A stretch of 64,000 nucleotides of DNA from an uncultured Bdellovibrionales bacterium (GTDB lineage Bacteria > Patescibacteriota > Minisyncoccia > Moranbacterales > UBA1568): contig CAYTED010000002.1 of assembly GCA_964436855.1 (NCBI GenBank), positions 13,925 to 77,924 on the forward strand, written 5' to 3'. This document shows positions 29,417 through 38,159 of this stretch, in pieces. The position numbers and the translations under genes are program-made. Within the stretch, counting starts at the first letter, position 1, and the number at the start of each line of letters is the position of its first letter. The notes under the pieces were generated by a model. That model saw only the letters and a list, made by a program, of their open reading frames with translations. It was not told where the DNA came from and ran no database searches.

Positions 29417-29559
29417 ATGCTTTTATCAGTGTACTCAAAGACTTTTTTCTTTGCAAGAATTCCTTTTTTCAGAAAGGCTTTACAAAAAGAAAAAAATATG
29501 ATTTTCTGAAATGATTCCCGATAATTCTCGGGAGTGCCAACCTTAACAAGGAGAAAAGA

Positions 29560-30096
29560 GTGCAAAATCAAGAATTGGTTGTGCAAAACAATTTCGGGAA
29601 ATCCCCTGAGACTCAAGCTATGCTTCGGCTCATTGAGCTTCTCGAAAAAGAGCCGATGGAATCGTTTGAAACGCCATTTCGGATGATCGAGATTCTCGAC
29701 AAGATTTTTCAAGAAAATCCTCTGGGCACAGTTGTTGTTCTTTTTGCGACCAAGTACTACGTTTGCAAAAGAATGGAGGCTCATGGAGCTGATCGCGCGT
29801 ATCAGGACGTGGTTCGGAGCGCTCCGTCGATTGCCGAAGCAGTTCGGATTCTTCGGGATGAGTGCGCTTCCCCACGAGATGGACTCGTAACAAAGATTCC
29901 CGAATTCGTGCAGCGGCATGCGAGGATTCTCGTGGAATCTTTGCAGGATAGGGACACTGTCTACGAAAATCAGAAAAGCATCGGTCTTTTGGAAGAAAAT
30001 CGGAGACCGCGCAAGCTAACTGGAAACAGAGGAAAGGATTGGAAAGAGAAGACCTTGCGTCGTGGTCGCCCATTCCTGCATTCGACCAACCGTTGA
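29560..30096 (+). CDS. Hypothetical protein
   Basis: AAGGAG SD before GTG start; terminator follows. Confidence 0.7.
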   Translation: MQNQELVVQNNFGKSPETQAMLRLIELLEKEPMESFETPFRMIEILDKIFQENPLGTVVVLFATKYYVCKRMEAHGADRAYQDVVRSAPSIAEAVRILRDECASPRDGLVTKIPEFVQRHARILVESLQDRDTVYENQKSIGLLEENRRPRKLTGNRGKDWKEKTLRRGRPFLHSTNR

Positions 30097-30104
30097 TCCT
30101 CAAA

Positions 30105-30147
30105 ATAAAAACCCGCCCGGAACAACTGTCTCGGGCGGTTCGTTTTT
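30105..30147. terminator. Bidirectional terminator
   Basis: CCGCCCG..CGGGCGG stem flanked by A and T tracts between convergent genes. Confidence 0.7.
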
Positions 30148-30666
30148 CTACCGGAGTATCGGAAATCTTTTCACGAGCGAGGTGTTCTCCCACCACGAGC
30201 CGAGTCCGAGGGTTCGCCCGGGATTGGTTAAAAGAAATCCAATCATAATAATCGAATTGATGACATGCTCGTCGATAAAGGGATTGTGTTCCGGCGGCAT
30301 AAATCCGGCAGTATAAAACAAAATGTAGAGCGCGATTCCGGCAAGCGCTCCGGGACGTACGGCAATACCAAGAAGAAGCGTTCCTCCCACGAAAAGAAGC
30401 CCGAGCATAAAAAGCCATTCAACTGCGGCCCACCCGGCCATCATTTGGTATAACTCCGCGAGCGGCCCCTTGGTTGCGAATTTCAAGAATCCGTAGGTCG
30501 GCGATCCTCCGTTGATCCACGCCGCATCGCACATCACCGAAACAATATGCGTTTTTGCATCGCGGCAAGTAGAGAACCCGAGACCAAAAACTTTATCGAT
30601 AAACGCCCAAACAAATGTCCACCCTATCGCCAATCGAAGGAACCCCCACACATATCGTTCACCCAT
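30148..30666 (-). CDS. DoxX-family membrane protein
   Basis: LRLAIGWTFVWAFIDKVFGLG, NPFIDEH and GRTLGLG motifs. Confidence 0.85.
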   Translation of the reverse strand: MGERYVWGFLRLAIGWTFVWAFIDKVFGLGFSTCRDAKTHIVSVMCDAAWINGGSPTYGFLKFATKGPLAELYQMMAGWAAVEWLFMLGLLFVGGTLLLGIAVRPGALAGIALYILFYTAGFMPPEHNPFIDEHVINSIIMIGFLLTNPGRTLGLGSWWENTSLVKRFPILR

Positions 30667-30743
30667 AGATTTATTTTATTTTTTTTATTGTACCACATAC
30701 CGAGGTACAAAGTATCAAGACAACTTCTTCGGGAAATCAAATT

Positions 30744-30827
30744 TGGTGGACTTACCGGAAATCCCTGTCTGCCGACAGGCAGGGAACTCTCACGCCTCTG
30801 CAATGTCCCAATAACTCTGGTGGGCCT
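30744..30827 (-). pseudogene. Degenerate tRNA-Ala 3' remnants
   Basis: AGGCCCACCA, then CATTGCAGAGG..GAGTTC[20-bp repeat]GATTT..AGTCCACCA, immediately downstream of the tRNA. Confidence 0.6.
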
Positions 30828-30830
30828 ATG

Positions 30831-30901
30831 TGGACCTGGCGAGAATCGAACTCGCGACTCAGCAATGCGAATGCTGCGTAATACCACTTTACTACAGGCC
30901 C
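30831..30901 (-). tRNA. tRNA-Ala(CGC)
   Basis: GGGCCTG/CAGGTCC acceptor stem with G3:U70, anticodon arm CAGCA-TTCGCAT-TGCTG, T-arm GCGAG-TTCGATT-CTCGC; CCA not encoded. Confidence 0.95.
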
Positions 30902-30948
30902 GTTTCAAGATCACAACTCCACCACTCTATCCGTTTTTCGTCAAAAAA

Positions 30949-31896
30949 TCAATAGATAAGCACTTTCGTTCCGATATCTGTCCATTCATACACGGTTTTC
31001 GCGGCACCCTCACCGAGGCGAACACAGCCGTGAGAGGCTTTCCGTCCGAGATGACTGACGCCTTCTTTGTACCCGCCCGGCCACTCGGGGAGCTCGTGAA
31101 TGCCGAATTTTCCATCTCCCGTAATCGCCATCCAATTTGGCATAAAAAGCGAATACTTCTTGGACCACGGGCGCGGCGCTTTGTTTTCGATTTTAAATTC
31201 TCCTTTCGGTGTATCGAGTCCGGGAAGCCCCGATGAAATGAGATAGTTTTTAATGTATTTCCCATTCTCAAACAAAGTCATTACTTGATGATTGATATCA
31301 ATATCGATATATCGCCCATCGGATGTTTTTGGTTGAGTGTATTTTCTTGCAATGGCAAGTCGGTCATTTCCATTTCCCCAATCGTTTGGAGCGACGCCGA
31401 TAGTTGTAAAGCGTGTCTTTGAAAGAGAAGTGTATGATTCCGTATTACCCCCTCGTTTTCGATAGGAAATAGTAAGTGAATAATTCGACTCATCTTCGAG
31501 CGGAGATTTCGGAAGAAGGCGGAACTCGGTTTTTTCGGGATTGTTTTCGAAGGCGAGTTCAAGAGGTGTATCGTCGCCCTCCTTTTGTACATTAAAAAAA
31601 ACATAGAAATCTTTGATCGAATATTTGAACCGAACAATGATCGGCCTTTCCATACTGACAAAAACATCTTTTTCTTCGTTCTTAGGAATAATGTCGGCGA
31701 TGCTTGGCGGGAGAAGATACGCCGTATTTTGAATATCATTGTCTTTTTGTGAGATATCCGTTTGCGTGACAGATGTCTTTTTTGTTTCGGAGATAAATTT
31801 TGCAATCGCTCGACCAATATGAAAAAAAGCGAAAAAGGAAATTCCGCCGAACAAAAAAAGAATGAAGATGCTTTGAAGAAGAGTTGTATGTTTCAC
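30949..31896 (-). CDS. L,D-transpeptidase (YkuD) with Ig-like domain
   Basis: TPKGEF and GIHE...SHGCVRL motifs; N-terminal TM. Confidence 0.93.
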   Translation of the reverse strand: MKHTTLLQSIFILFLFGGISFFAFFHIGRAIAKFISETKKTSVTQTDISQKDNDIQNTAYLLPPSIADIIPKNEEKDVFVSMERPIIVRFKYSIKDFYVFFNVQKEGDDTPLELAFENNPEKTEFRLLPKSPLEDESNYSLTISYRKRGGNTESYTSLSKTRFTTIGVAPNDWGNGNDRLAIARKYTQPKTSDGRYIDIDINHQVMTLFENGKYIKNYLISSGLPGLDTPKGEFKIENKAPRPWSKKYSLFMPNWMAITGDGKFGIHELPEWPGGYKEGVSHLGRKASHGCVRLGEGAAKTVYEWTDIGTKVLIY

Positions 31897-31927
31897 CGCG
31901 TCGACGTTTTGTTTTTTTCAATCAAAA

Positions 31928-32399
31928 TCAATCCAAGACTACCATGTCCCGAATATCCTTTTCAAGCACGACATCATTGTCTCCAAAGAGAAATTTCGTT
32001 CGAAACTTTTTTTCCTTCAAGAAAGAGCGGGAGCCAATATTGATCATCCGGCCACATTTCATCATAAGGAATTTCATCGAATGCGAACCATTGCGGTCGC
32101 ATTTCATCGGTCTCTTTTGGTTCACCTGAAAATTCGTCTATCCGAAAAACATGCACTTCGAGAATTTCACCTCTGTTTTTTTCGAACTCGAATGCGTGTA
32201 CGCCGACCTTTTCCATTTTTCTAATATTGATCCCGCATTCTTCCAAAGTTTCACGTCGGGCAGCATCTTCTATAGACTCCTCCTCATGCACCTTCCCGCC
32301 AAACCCGTTCCACCTCCCCATTCCAAATCCACGTTTCTTCATTCCGAGCAGAATCTTTTTATCCCGCATTGCAAAACAGAGGGTAAGGAGTTTTATCAT
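31928..32399 (-). CDS. MutT/MTH1-like Nudix hydrolase, frameshifted near the C-terminus
   Basis: KKRGFGMGRWNGFGGK, Nudix box, MWPDD..W; reading frame stops at 31974, while the family-like tail (KKFRTKFLFG...) is in another frame after an A7 tract. Confidence 0.85.
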
Positions 32400-32402
32400 A
32401 CG

Positions 32403-32705
32403 CTACGATTCATCCAAGATTATCTTTTTTTCAAATCCACCACGTTTCTCGCGTTTTTCTTTCTGAATAGCAATCACATCATCGATCTTCCACTCATTCA
32501 CGGAAAGTAGCGCTGTGATTACTTCAAAAACATCCGCCATCTCCTCAATGTTGCCTGAATGAGAAAACTCTCTTGCTTCTTCAACAAGCTTTTCCTTTAA
32601 TTTCAATTCATACTCTTCATCAGAGGCAAGGTGCCATTTAGCCTTTTCGCCCTTCTCTTCTATAATCTCGATAATCCGATCTCGCACAAGTTTATTGTAT
32701 TGCAT
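32403..32705 (-). CDS. All-alpha NTP pyrophosphohydrolase (MazG/HisE-like)
   Basis: YNKLVRDRI, KLVEEARE..EEMADVFEV and KRGGF motifs. Confidence 0.9.
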   Translation of the reverse strand: MQYNKLVRDRIIEIIEEKGEKAKWHLASDEEYELKLKEKLVEEAREFSHSGNIEEMADVFEVITALLSVNEWKIDDVIAIQKEKREKRGGFEKKIILDES

Positions 32706-32706
32706 A

Positions 32707-33138
32707 CTATTTCCACATCACAAAAATCACAGTCATTACGAGCATTGAAACAAGCGGGTAGAGGGCATTGATTACCCAGAGCGTTTTCGATGCACGACTG
32801 AAGAGAGCGTCGGTATAGGTAACCGTCGCGATAAAACCGATCCAGAGCCACACAGGCAATTGATACGGATTTCCATCAAACTTCTCGATAATACCCACGA
32901 AATGCGCAAGTATATACGAAAGAAGAAATGCCATCACGAACGCCTGCGCGAGAATCGCTCCCATTCCTTTCTTTTGTCGCTCTTCAAAAGCCTGTCTGCC
33001 GGCTTCGGTATCCATATTCCATCCCATCAATTTGCACCACGTTTTCCCAAACATTCCTTGTGCATACCAAGCAAACCCAATTGCCATATGTACCACCATC
33101 CCGACCAATACCGCCCAGATATTCACCGTGACATCCAT
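32707..33138 (-). CDS. DUF1761-like membrane protein
   Basis: VNIWAVLV..IGFAWY..FGKTW; 4 TMs. Confidence 0.85.
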   Translation of the reverse strand: MDVTVNIWAVLVGMVVHMAIGFAWYAQGMFGKTWCKLMGWNMDTEAGRQAFEERQKKGMGAILAQAFVMAFLLSYILAHFVGIIEKFDGNPYQLPVWLWIGFIATVTYTDALFSRASKTLWVINALYPLVSMLVMTVIFVMWK

Positions 33139-33178
33139 ATGTTTTACTTACAAATTACCCCTCCCCGTGTTATACAAA

Positions 33179-33334
33179 TTATTTATTAATAATTGATATC
33201 AGTTTTTTTAGTGCGCGAAGAATGCGCGTACGGACGATGTAGGTAAAGACAAAGGTAAGACCGGCGATTGTCATTGTCGCGGCGACGCTTGCCCAAAACT
33301 GCGGCCAGAACTCATTCCAAAAGTCGGGAGTCAT
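33179..33334 (-). CDS. 51-aa single-TM protein (not in the ORF track)
   Basis: MTPDFWNEFWPQFWASVAATMTIAGLTFVFTYIVRTRILRALKKLISIINK*; starts 2 bp after the upstream stop. Confidence 0.65.
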   Translation of the reverse strand: MTPDFWNEFWPQFWASVAATMTIAGLTFVFTYIVRTRILRALKKLISIINK

Positions 33335-33336
33335 AA

Positions 33337-33801
33337 TCAGTTAAAAAGTTTTGCAACGTGTTTTAGAACCATATCAAATCCCGGGAGGAGCCTATAGTTT
33401 TTCACTTCGTCTGGAAGAATCCACTCGAATTTCTGCGCCTCCCAATCAAGGGTGACCGCATCGGTATTTACTGCTACAAGCACCGGGTGGACAATCCATG
33501 TCTTCTTGATATCCGGAGCATCTTGATGAAAAATTTCTGCAAGCCGAATAGAAATAATGTTTTCCACCTTAAGTCCCAATTCCTCCTGAAGCTCTTCTTT
33601 CACTTTACTTTCAAAATCTTGCGCGTCATCGAGAAATCCGGAAATGCCGTTCCAATGCTCGGGATAGAGTCTCATTCCCCTGCTTCGCTCAACGATCAAT
33701 ATTTTTTCGCCGAATTTCACGACACAATTTATCACCGGACAGTAACGAATGTTCGTAAAATCCGTTTGCCCCGGCTTGGGAATAAATTTCGGTTCAGACA
33801 T
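33337..33801 (-). CDS. Nudix hydrolase
   Basis: Variant Nudix box GFLDD....KVKEELQEELG. Confidence 0.88.
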   Translation of the reverse strand: MSEPKFIPKPGQTDFTNIRYCPVINCVVKFGEKILIVERSRGMRLYPEHWNGISGFLDDAQDFESKVKEELQEELGLKVENIISIRLAEIFHQDAPDIKKTWIVHPVLVAVNTDAVTLDWEAQKFEWILPDEVKNYRLLPGFDMVLKHVAKLFN

Positions 33802-33811
33802 ATACAGTTTT

Positions 33812-34177
33812 TTATCGCCAAATATGTAACCACTTGCCGATATATTCTACCACCACATAGAGAAAGAAAAGGTATCCCAGAATACCGGAAATAATTGTGA
33901 GGAGTACGGTATTGATAATTCGATTTCGCTCGCGTTTCACCTGATCAAGCGTGCAGACACCTTGTTTGCGAAAATGCCATATGAGCGCGAGAAGAAGCGC
34001 AAGTAACCCGACTCCGCGAAATATCCATCGATAACTTCCGTAGAGGGTATCAGCAAGTGAGGATGCGAAAGAGACGGTTCCCACGCCAAGCAACACAAGT
34101 ATCACTGGTGAAAGGCAGCAAAGTGATGCAAGGAGTACTGGAACCCCCGTAATTTTGAAGATTTCTTTCCATTTCAT
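33812..34177 (-). CDS. MerT/MerF-like small membrane protein
   Basis: LASLCCLSP Cys pair in TM1; 3 TMs. Confidence 0.7.
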   Translation of the reverse strand: MKWKEIFKITGVPVLLASLCCLSPVILVLLGVGTVSFASSLADTLYGSYRWIFRGVGLLALLLALIWHFRKQGVCTLDQVKRERNRIINTVLLTIISGILGYLFFLYVVVEYIGKWLHIWR

Positions 34178-34638
34178 ACTTTTTGATGAAACTGATACGA
34201 ACGATCATTGTATTCCTTTATATCGTACACCTGGATGCCGTCCTTGTGCCAGAGGGCAAAAAATGAAATACCGGAATCAAATGCCAGGCGACTGCAGACC
34301 GTACAATACGGATCTCCAGAAAAAAGCAATTCCCCTCCCACATTGACACGACAAAAATACAGAGTTGATCCAACTACCTTCTCCGGATTTCTCTTGAGTG
34401 CGTCGAATATGGCGCGCCACTCGGCATGTATACAGCATGTCCGATCGGATTTCGGTTTTTTGAGTTCGCTTGGATACTCAAAATGACATTTTGTATTCTC
34501 CTTTGCATCAAGCGGCGGCGCATTATATCCAGTGCCGATAACAACACCGTCTTTTACAATCACCGCGCCGCACTTATCACGTTTGCAAAGCGCTTGTTTC
34601 GCTCTTTCTGCGGCGGCATGAAACCATTTCTCATCCAT
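34174..34638 (-). CDS. dCMP/cytidine deaminase-family protein
   Basis: GYNAP, HAE and PYCTVC Zn-binding motifs. Confidence 0.92.
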   Translation of the reverse strand: MDEKWFHAAAERAKQALCKRDKCGAVIVKDGVVIGTGYNAPPLDAKENTKCHFEYPSELKKPKSDRTCCIHAEWRAIFDALKRNPEKVVGSTLYFCRVNVGGELLFSGDPYCTVCSRLAFDSGISFFALWHKDGIQVYDIKEYNDRSYQFHQKV

Positions 34639-34667
34639 AATTATCCTCTTTATTTATATACATCCTC

Positions 34668-34705
34668 TGTGCATAAAAATAAGCGGTCGCTTACTATTGT
34701 GTACA
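34668..34705. repeat. 38-bp imperfect palindrome, copy 2
   Basis: TGTGCATAAAAATAAGCGGTCGCTTACTATTGTGTACA. Confidence 0.85.
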
Positions 34706-34933
34706 AGAAATTTCTATGCATTTTATATTCATCAATAAAAATTGGGAGTGTTGTTTGTATTTTTTTGAATACCCCTTCAAGATATCGGCCGAGCTTGTCG
34801 TAGAATCTTCGTGTCATATATTGTCTCACCAAGCATTGAGAGCAATGTTCTCTTCACTCGCAGAGCCGCGGTCGGGATGACAGAAAAAACTCACAACTTT
34901 CAAAATTTCAAAATGCCGTTTATTCTTACAATT

Positions 34934-35986
34934 TCATACTATCAACATCGAATCGCCGAAAGAATAAAACGCGTATTTTTCTTTGATGGCCTCTTTATAT
35001 AATTCTATCAGATTTCGTTTCGCGCCCTTGTCTTGCAAGAATGCATCTACGAGAAGCATAAGCGAACTTTTTGGAAGATGAAAGTTTGTTATAAGCGCAT
35101 CGGCAACCTGAAAATGATACGGCGGATAAATGAAAATAGTTGTATTTCCAGAAAATGGCTTCACAGAGCCATTATTAAAGCATGATTCCAGTGTCCGAAG
35201 CGCTGTTGTTCCAACCGGAATAATACTTCTCCCCTTTCCTTTTGTTTGATTTATTTTCTCTGCCGCCTTTTCGGAAATCTCGATCCATTCCGAATGAAGT
35301 TTTTTCGTATGAAAATTCTCTTCTTGGAGTGGCGCGAATGTCCCGAGTCCGACATTGAGTGTTATATATTCCGTATCAATATTGTGTTCCTTAAAAGACT
35401 GAAGTGTTCTTTCTGTGAAGTGAAGCGACGCTGTTGGAGCGGCGACCGAGTTTCCAGCAAGAGCAAATACGCTCTGATAGCGTTCTCTCAATTTTATTTC
35501 ATCTTTTTCTCTTCCTTTCTCCTCCAGATAGGGCGGAATCGGCGTTTCACCATATTCGTTCAGGAGTTCTTGTAGTATTCTGTTGCTTTTGAGTGATACA
35601 AAAAATCGATTTTCCTCTTGGCGCACTACTTCAAAAAAATCTCCGCTCGGAAAGAAAAGCTTCCATCCGATTTCACACTTACGATCGACGAGAACGGGAA
35701 TCGTTTTTTTATCACCCTGCCATTCATTCATGAGTACGAACACTTCGATTTTTCCGCCCGTTTCTTTTTTGAGATGGAGTCGTGCCGGAACAACTTTCGT
35801 ATTATTGAGTACGAGTAGCGAGTCTTGCGGAAGATATTGTGCAATATTATAAAAAACATCGTGTGTGATAGTATCGGTTTTTGTGTCATAGACAAAGAGC
35901 CGCGCCATATCGCGCGGTTCCACTCCTTCCTTCCGGATCAATTCCTCCGGAAGTTTGTAATCATACTTTTCAAGATTGTTAAACAT
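34934..35986 (-). CDS. queA: SAM:tRNA ribosyltransferase-isomerase QueA
   Basis: VAAPTASLHF, VGTTALRTLE, TNFHLPKS and FYSFGDSM motifs. Confidence 0.97.
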   Translation of the reverse strand: MFNNLEKYDYKLPEELIRKEGVEPRDMARLFVYDTKTDTITHDVFYNIAQYLPQDSLLVLNNTKVVPARLHLKKETGGKIEVFVLMNEWQGDKKTIPVLVDRKCEIGWKLFFPSGDFFEVVRQEENRFFVSLKSNRILQELLNEYGETPIPPYLEEKGREKDEIKLRERYQSVFALAGNSVAAPTASLHFTERTLQSFKEHNIDTEYITLNVGLGTFAPLQEENFHTKKLHSEWIEISEKAAEKINQTKGKGRSIIPVGTTALRTLESCFNNGSVKPFSGNTTIFIYPPYHFQVADALITNFHLPKSSLMLLVDAFLQDKGAKRNLIELYKEAIKEKYAFYSFGDSMLIV

Positions 35987-35989
35987 ATT

Positions 35990-37258
35990 CTAGCGGGATC
36001 GCGATATTGCGGTTTGCAATTTTATAGTCCGAAGGTGATTCAAGAAATAGAGACCCGCACAGAAAATAACCGTCGCAGCGATGACAAGAGGCGTGCTTGG
36101 CGCAAATGATGCCGCAAGAATTCCCGCCAAAAGCGGTGGTATCGAGGTAGCGAGTGCCGATACGCTGCCATTGATACCGAGTACCTCTCCCTGCACCGAT
36201 GCATCTGCGGCACGAGAAATAAGCGCCATCATATTCGCTTGCGCGAGTCCCATTGCTGTCGCAAAAAACGGAACGATCATATAAAGAAACATGGAATCAT
36301 ACAATGATGAAATGATAAAGATGGAGAGACTAATCACAAAAATAGCATTCTGAAAAATCTGTTTTTCGGTAAAGTATCTCGATGCGATACGCGTCGTTAC
36401 CATTTGCGTAAACACGATACATAGCCCGACATACGCAAAATAGTTGCCGATCTCTCCTTCGTTAAATCCAAAACGAGTGAGAAAAAACACGCTGGAAAAT
36501 CCGATATAAAACGCAAAACCACTCTGAAAGAGAAAGTTCGTGATAAAAAGCGGACGAAGAGAATGTAGAGTAAGCGCTCGCTTGATGTTTTGAATCGCCT
36601 TGAGTACGGTGATTTTTCGGCGTTGCGTATTTTCGGATTTTTTCAGTGTTTCCGGAAAAAAGAAAACAACAAAGATGAGATTGATAAGCGAAAGAAGTGC
36701 GGCGAAAAAAAACGGGGTTGTTGTGGAAAACCAAGAGATAAGAGTCGGATCAGCGAGGCGCCCGCCAAGGAACGGACCTGCAATAAATCCAATCCCGAAT
36801 GCAGCACCGGTCAGTCCAAAATTCTTCGAACGATCTTCGGGTTTGCTAATGTCGGCAATAGCCGCTTGCGCAACGACCATACCTCCGCTTGCGATACCGC
36901 CAATAATACGAGAAAGGAACAGAAGAGGAATTGAATGTAACAAAACTCCCATTCCAAAGACAAAATAGCTGATAATATTTCCGGAAACCGAAGCCGTCAA
37001 TACTTTTTTCCGGCCGTAAATATCCGATAATTCTCCGAGAATCGGTGCTGTTATAAACATGGAGAGCGAAAAAAGAGAAACGAGCAATCCAAGGAGTACA
37101 TACCCTTCATTCACCGTTGTTCCAAGAGGAAGTATATAGTGCGCAGAGTTTGGTTCAGTAAAGAGGAACGGCATCACCGGGATCAAGATCCCAAATCCAA
37201 GCATATCGAGCAAGACGGTCAGAAATACCGTGGCCAGCGTTTTTAATTGAGAAACCAT
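35990..37258 (-). CDS. TetA-like (DHA1) MFS transporter
   Basis: LDMLGFGILIPV, GELSDIYGRK and GFIAGPFLGG motifs. Confidence 0.92.
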   Translation of the reverse strand: MVSQLKTLATVFLTVLLDMLGFGILIPVMPFLFTEPNSAHYILPLGTTVNEGYVLLGLLVSLFSLSMFITAPILGELSDIYGRKKVLTASVSGNIISYFVFGMGVLLHSIPLLFLSRIIGGIASGGMVVAQAAIADISKPEDRSKNFGLTGAAFGIGFIAGPFLGGRLADPTLISWFSTTTPFFFAALLSLINLIFVVFFFPETLKKSENTQRRKITVLKAIQNIKRALTLHSLRPLFITNFLFQSGFAFYIGFSSVFFLTRFGFNEGEIGNYFAYVGLCIVFTQMVTTRIASRYFTEKQIFQNAIFVISLSIFIISSLYDSMFLYMIVPFFATAMGLAQANMMALISRAADASVQGEVLGINGSVSALATSIPPLLAGILAASFAPSTPLVIAATVIFCAGLYFLNHLRTIKLQTAISRSR

Positions 37259-37291
37259 AAAAAATTCAAGCTGAATACATTACAAAAATAA

Positions 37292-37713
37292 CTAAAAAAT
37301 TCGAGAAAAGTCTCCGTTTATCACTACAGGTTGCAATGCCACAATTTCGTCCGTGTATGATACATTGGGAATAGAATTCATTAGAAAAATTTTCTTATTA
37401 TTCACATATGCCTGTCCCATTTCGATAAGCACATTTCCGCCGATGTAATTTTCAATATTATTTTTCTTAAGATTTACCACAAAAATAGCATCGCTCTCCA
37501 GTATATGCTTGTAGTGTTGGCGAATATAGTCACGATCAATCTTTATTTGAGCCTGCTCGCCATTCTCGATTCTTTTGATATCTGGATGATTTTTTTGCAT
37601 GACATAATCAACGTAGTCCGGATGTATCCATCATGACCGTTTTCTTTGAGCACATCAACACTTTCTACCATTTCTTTGACAAATGCCGTACTCCCGAGAA
37701 CATATATTTTCAT
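37292..37713 (-). pseudogene. Frameshifted NDT-like protein (paralogue of the upstream gene)
   Basis: MKIYVLGSTAF..GHDG from ATG 37713 changes frame near 37630 into IHPDYV..SDAIFVVN..YIGGNVLIEMG. Confidence 0.8.
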
Positions 37714-38159
37714 AAGGTATCTATTCCGTTTAAATCACCATGGAGAACAATTGGCCACATACCGAGAATTTCTTCTTTATAACTCATTTCCGGGATGGGG
37801 TTCAGAAGATAGATAGATTTGTTTAAATGAAAGGCAAGACCCATTTCAAGAAGTGTATTTGCACCGACATACGATGTGACTCCGTTCTTATCATAATTCA
37901 ATACGAGAATCGCATCTGACCATGCAACTTTATCGAAATGCCAATGCATCGCTTCCGCTTTTTTCTTCCAGACCCATTCATAGTCGTCCGCTGCGGTTTT
38001 GCGCATCGCGTAATACTCTTTTACCGGAATCATTTTTCCTGACTCATCAGCAATTTCAAGTGGCGGCAATTTCACTTCATGTCCCATTTCTTCCAGCTTT
38101 TTTCGAATCGCATCCATTTCATCAATAAAGGCAATACTTCCGCAAAGCGTTATTTTCAT
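37710..38159 (-). CDS. Nucleoside 2-deoxyribosyltransferase-like protein
   Basis: MKITLCGS and SDAILVLN..YVGANTLLEMGLAF..KSIYL motifs; ATGA overlaps at both ends. Confidence 0.8.
   Translation of the reverse strand: MKITLCGSIAFIDEMDAIRKKLEEMGHEVKLPPLEIADESGKMIPVKEYYAMRKTAADDYEWVWKKKAEAMHWHFDKVAWSDAILVLNYDKNGVTSYVGANTLLEMGLAFHLNKSIYLLNPIPEMSYKEEILGMWPIVLHGDLNGIDTL

Noticed and set aside
34650-34832. 60-aa ORF, or remnant of a HEPN/DUF86 toxin C-terminus
   Set aside because: Resemblance is faint, there is no RxxxxH motif, and part of the ORF is the 38-bp palindrome.
35990-37258. Tetracycline resistance gene
   Set aside because: Family-level similarity only; no tetR or mobile context, and the substrate cannot be inferred.
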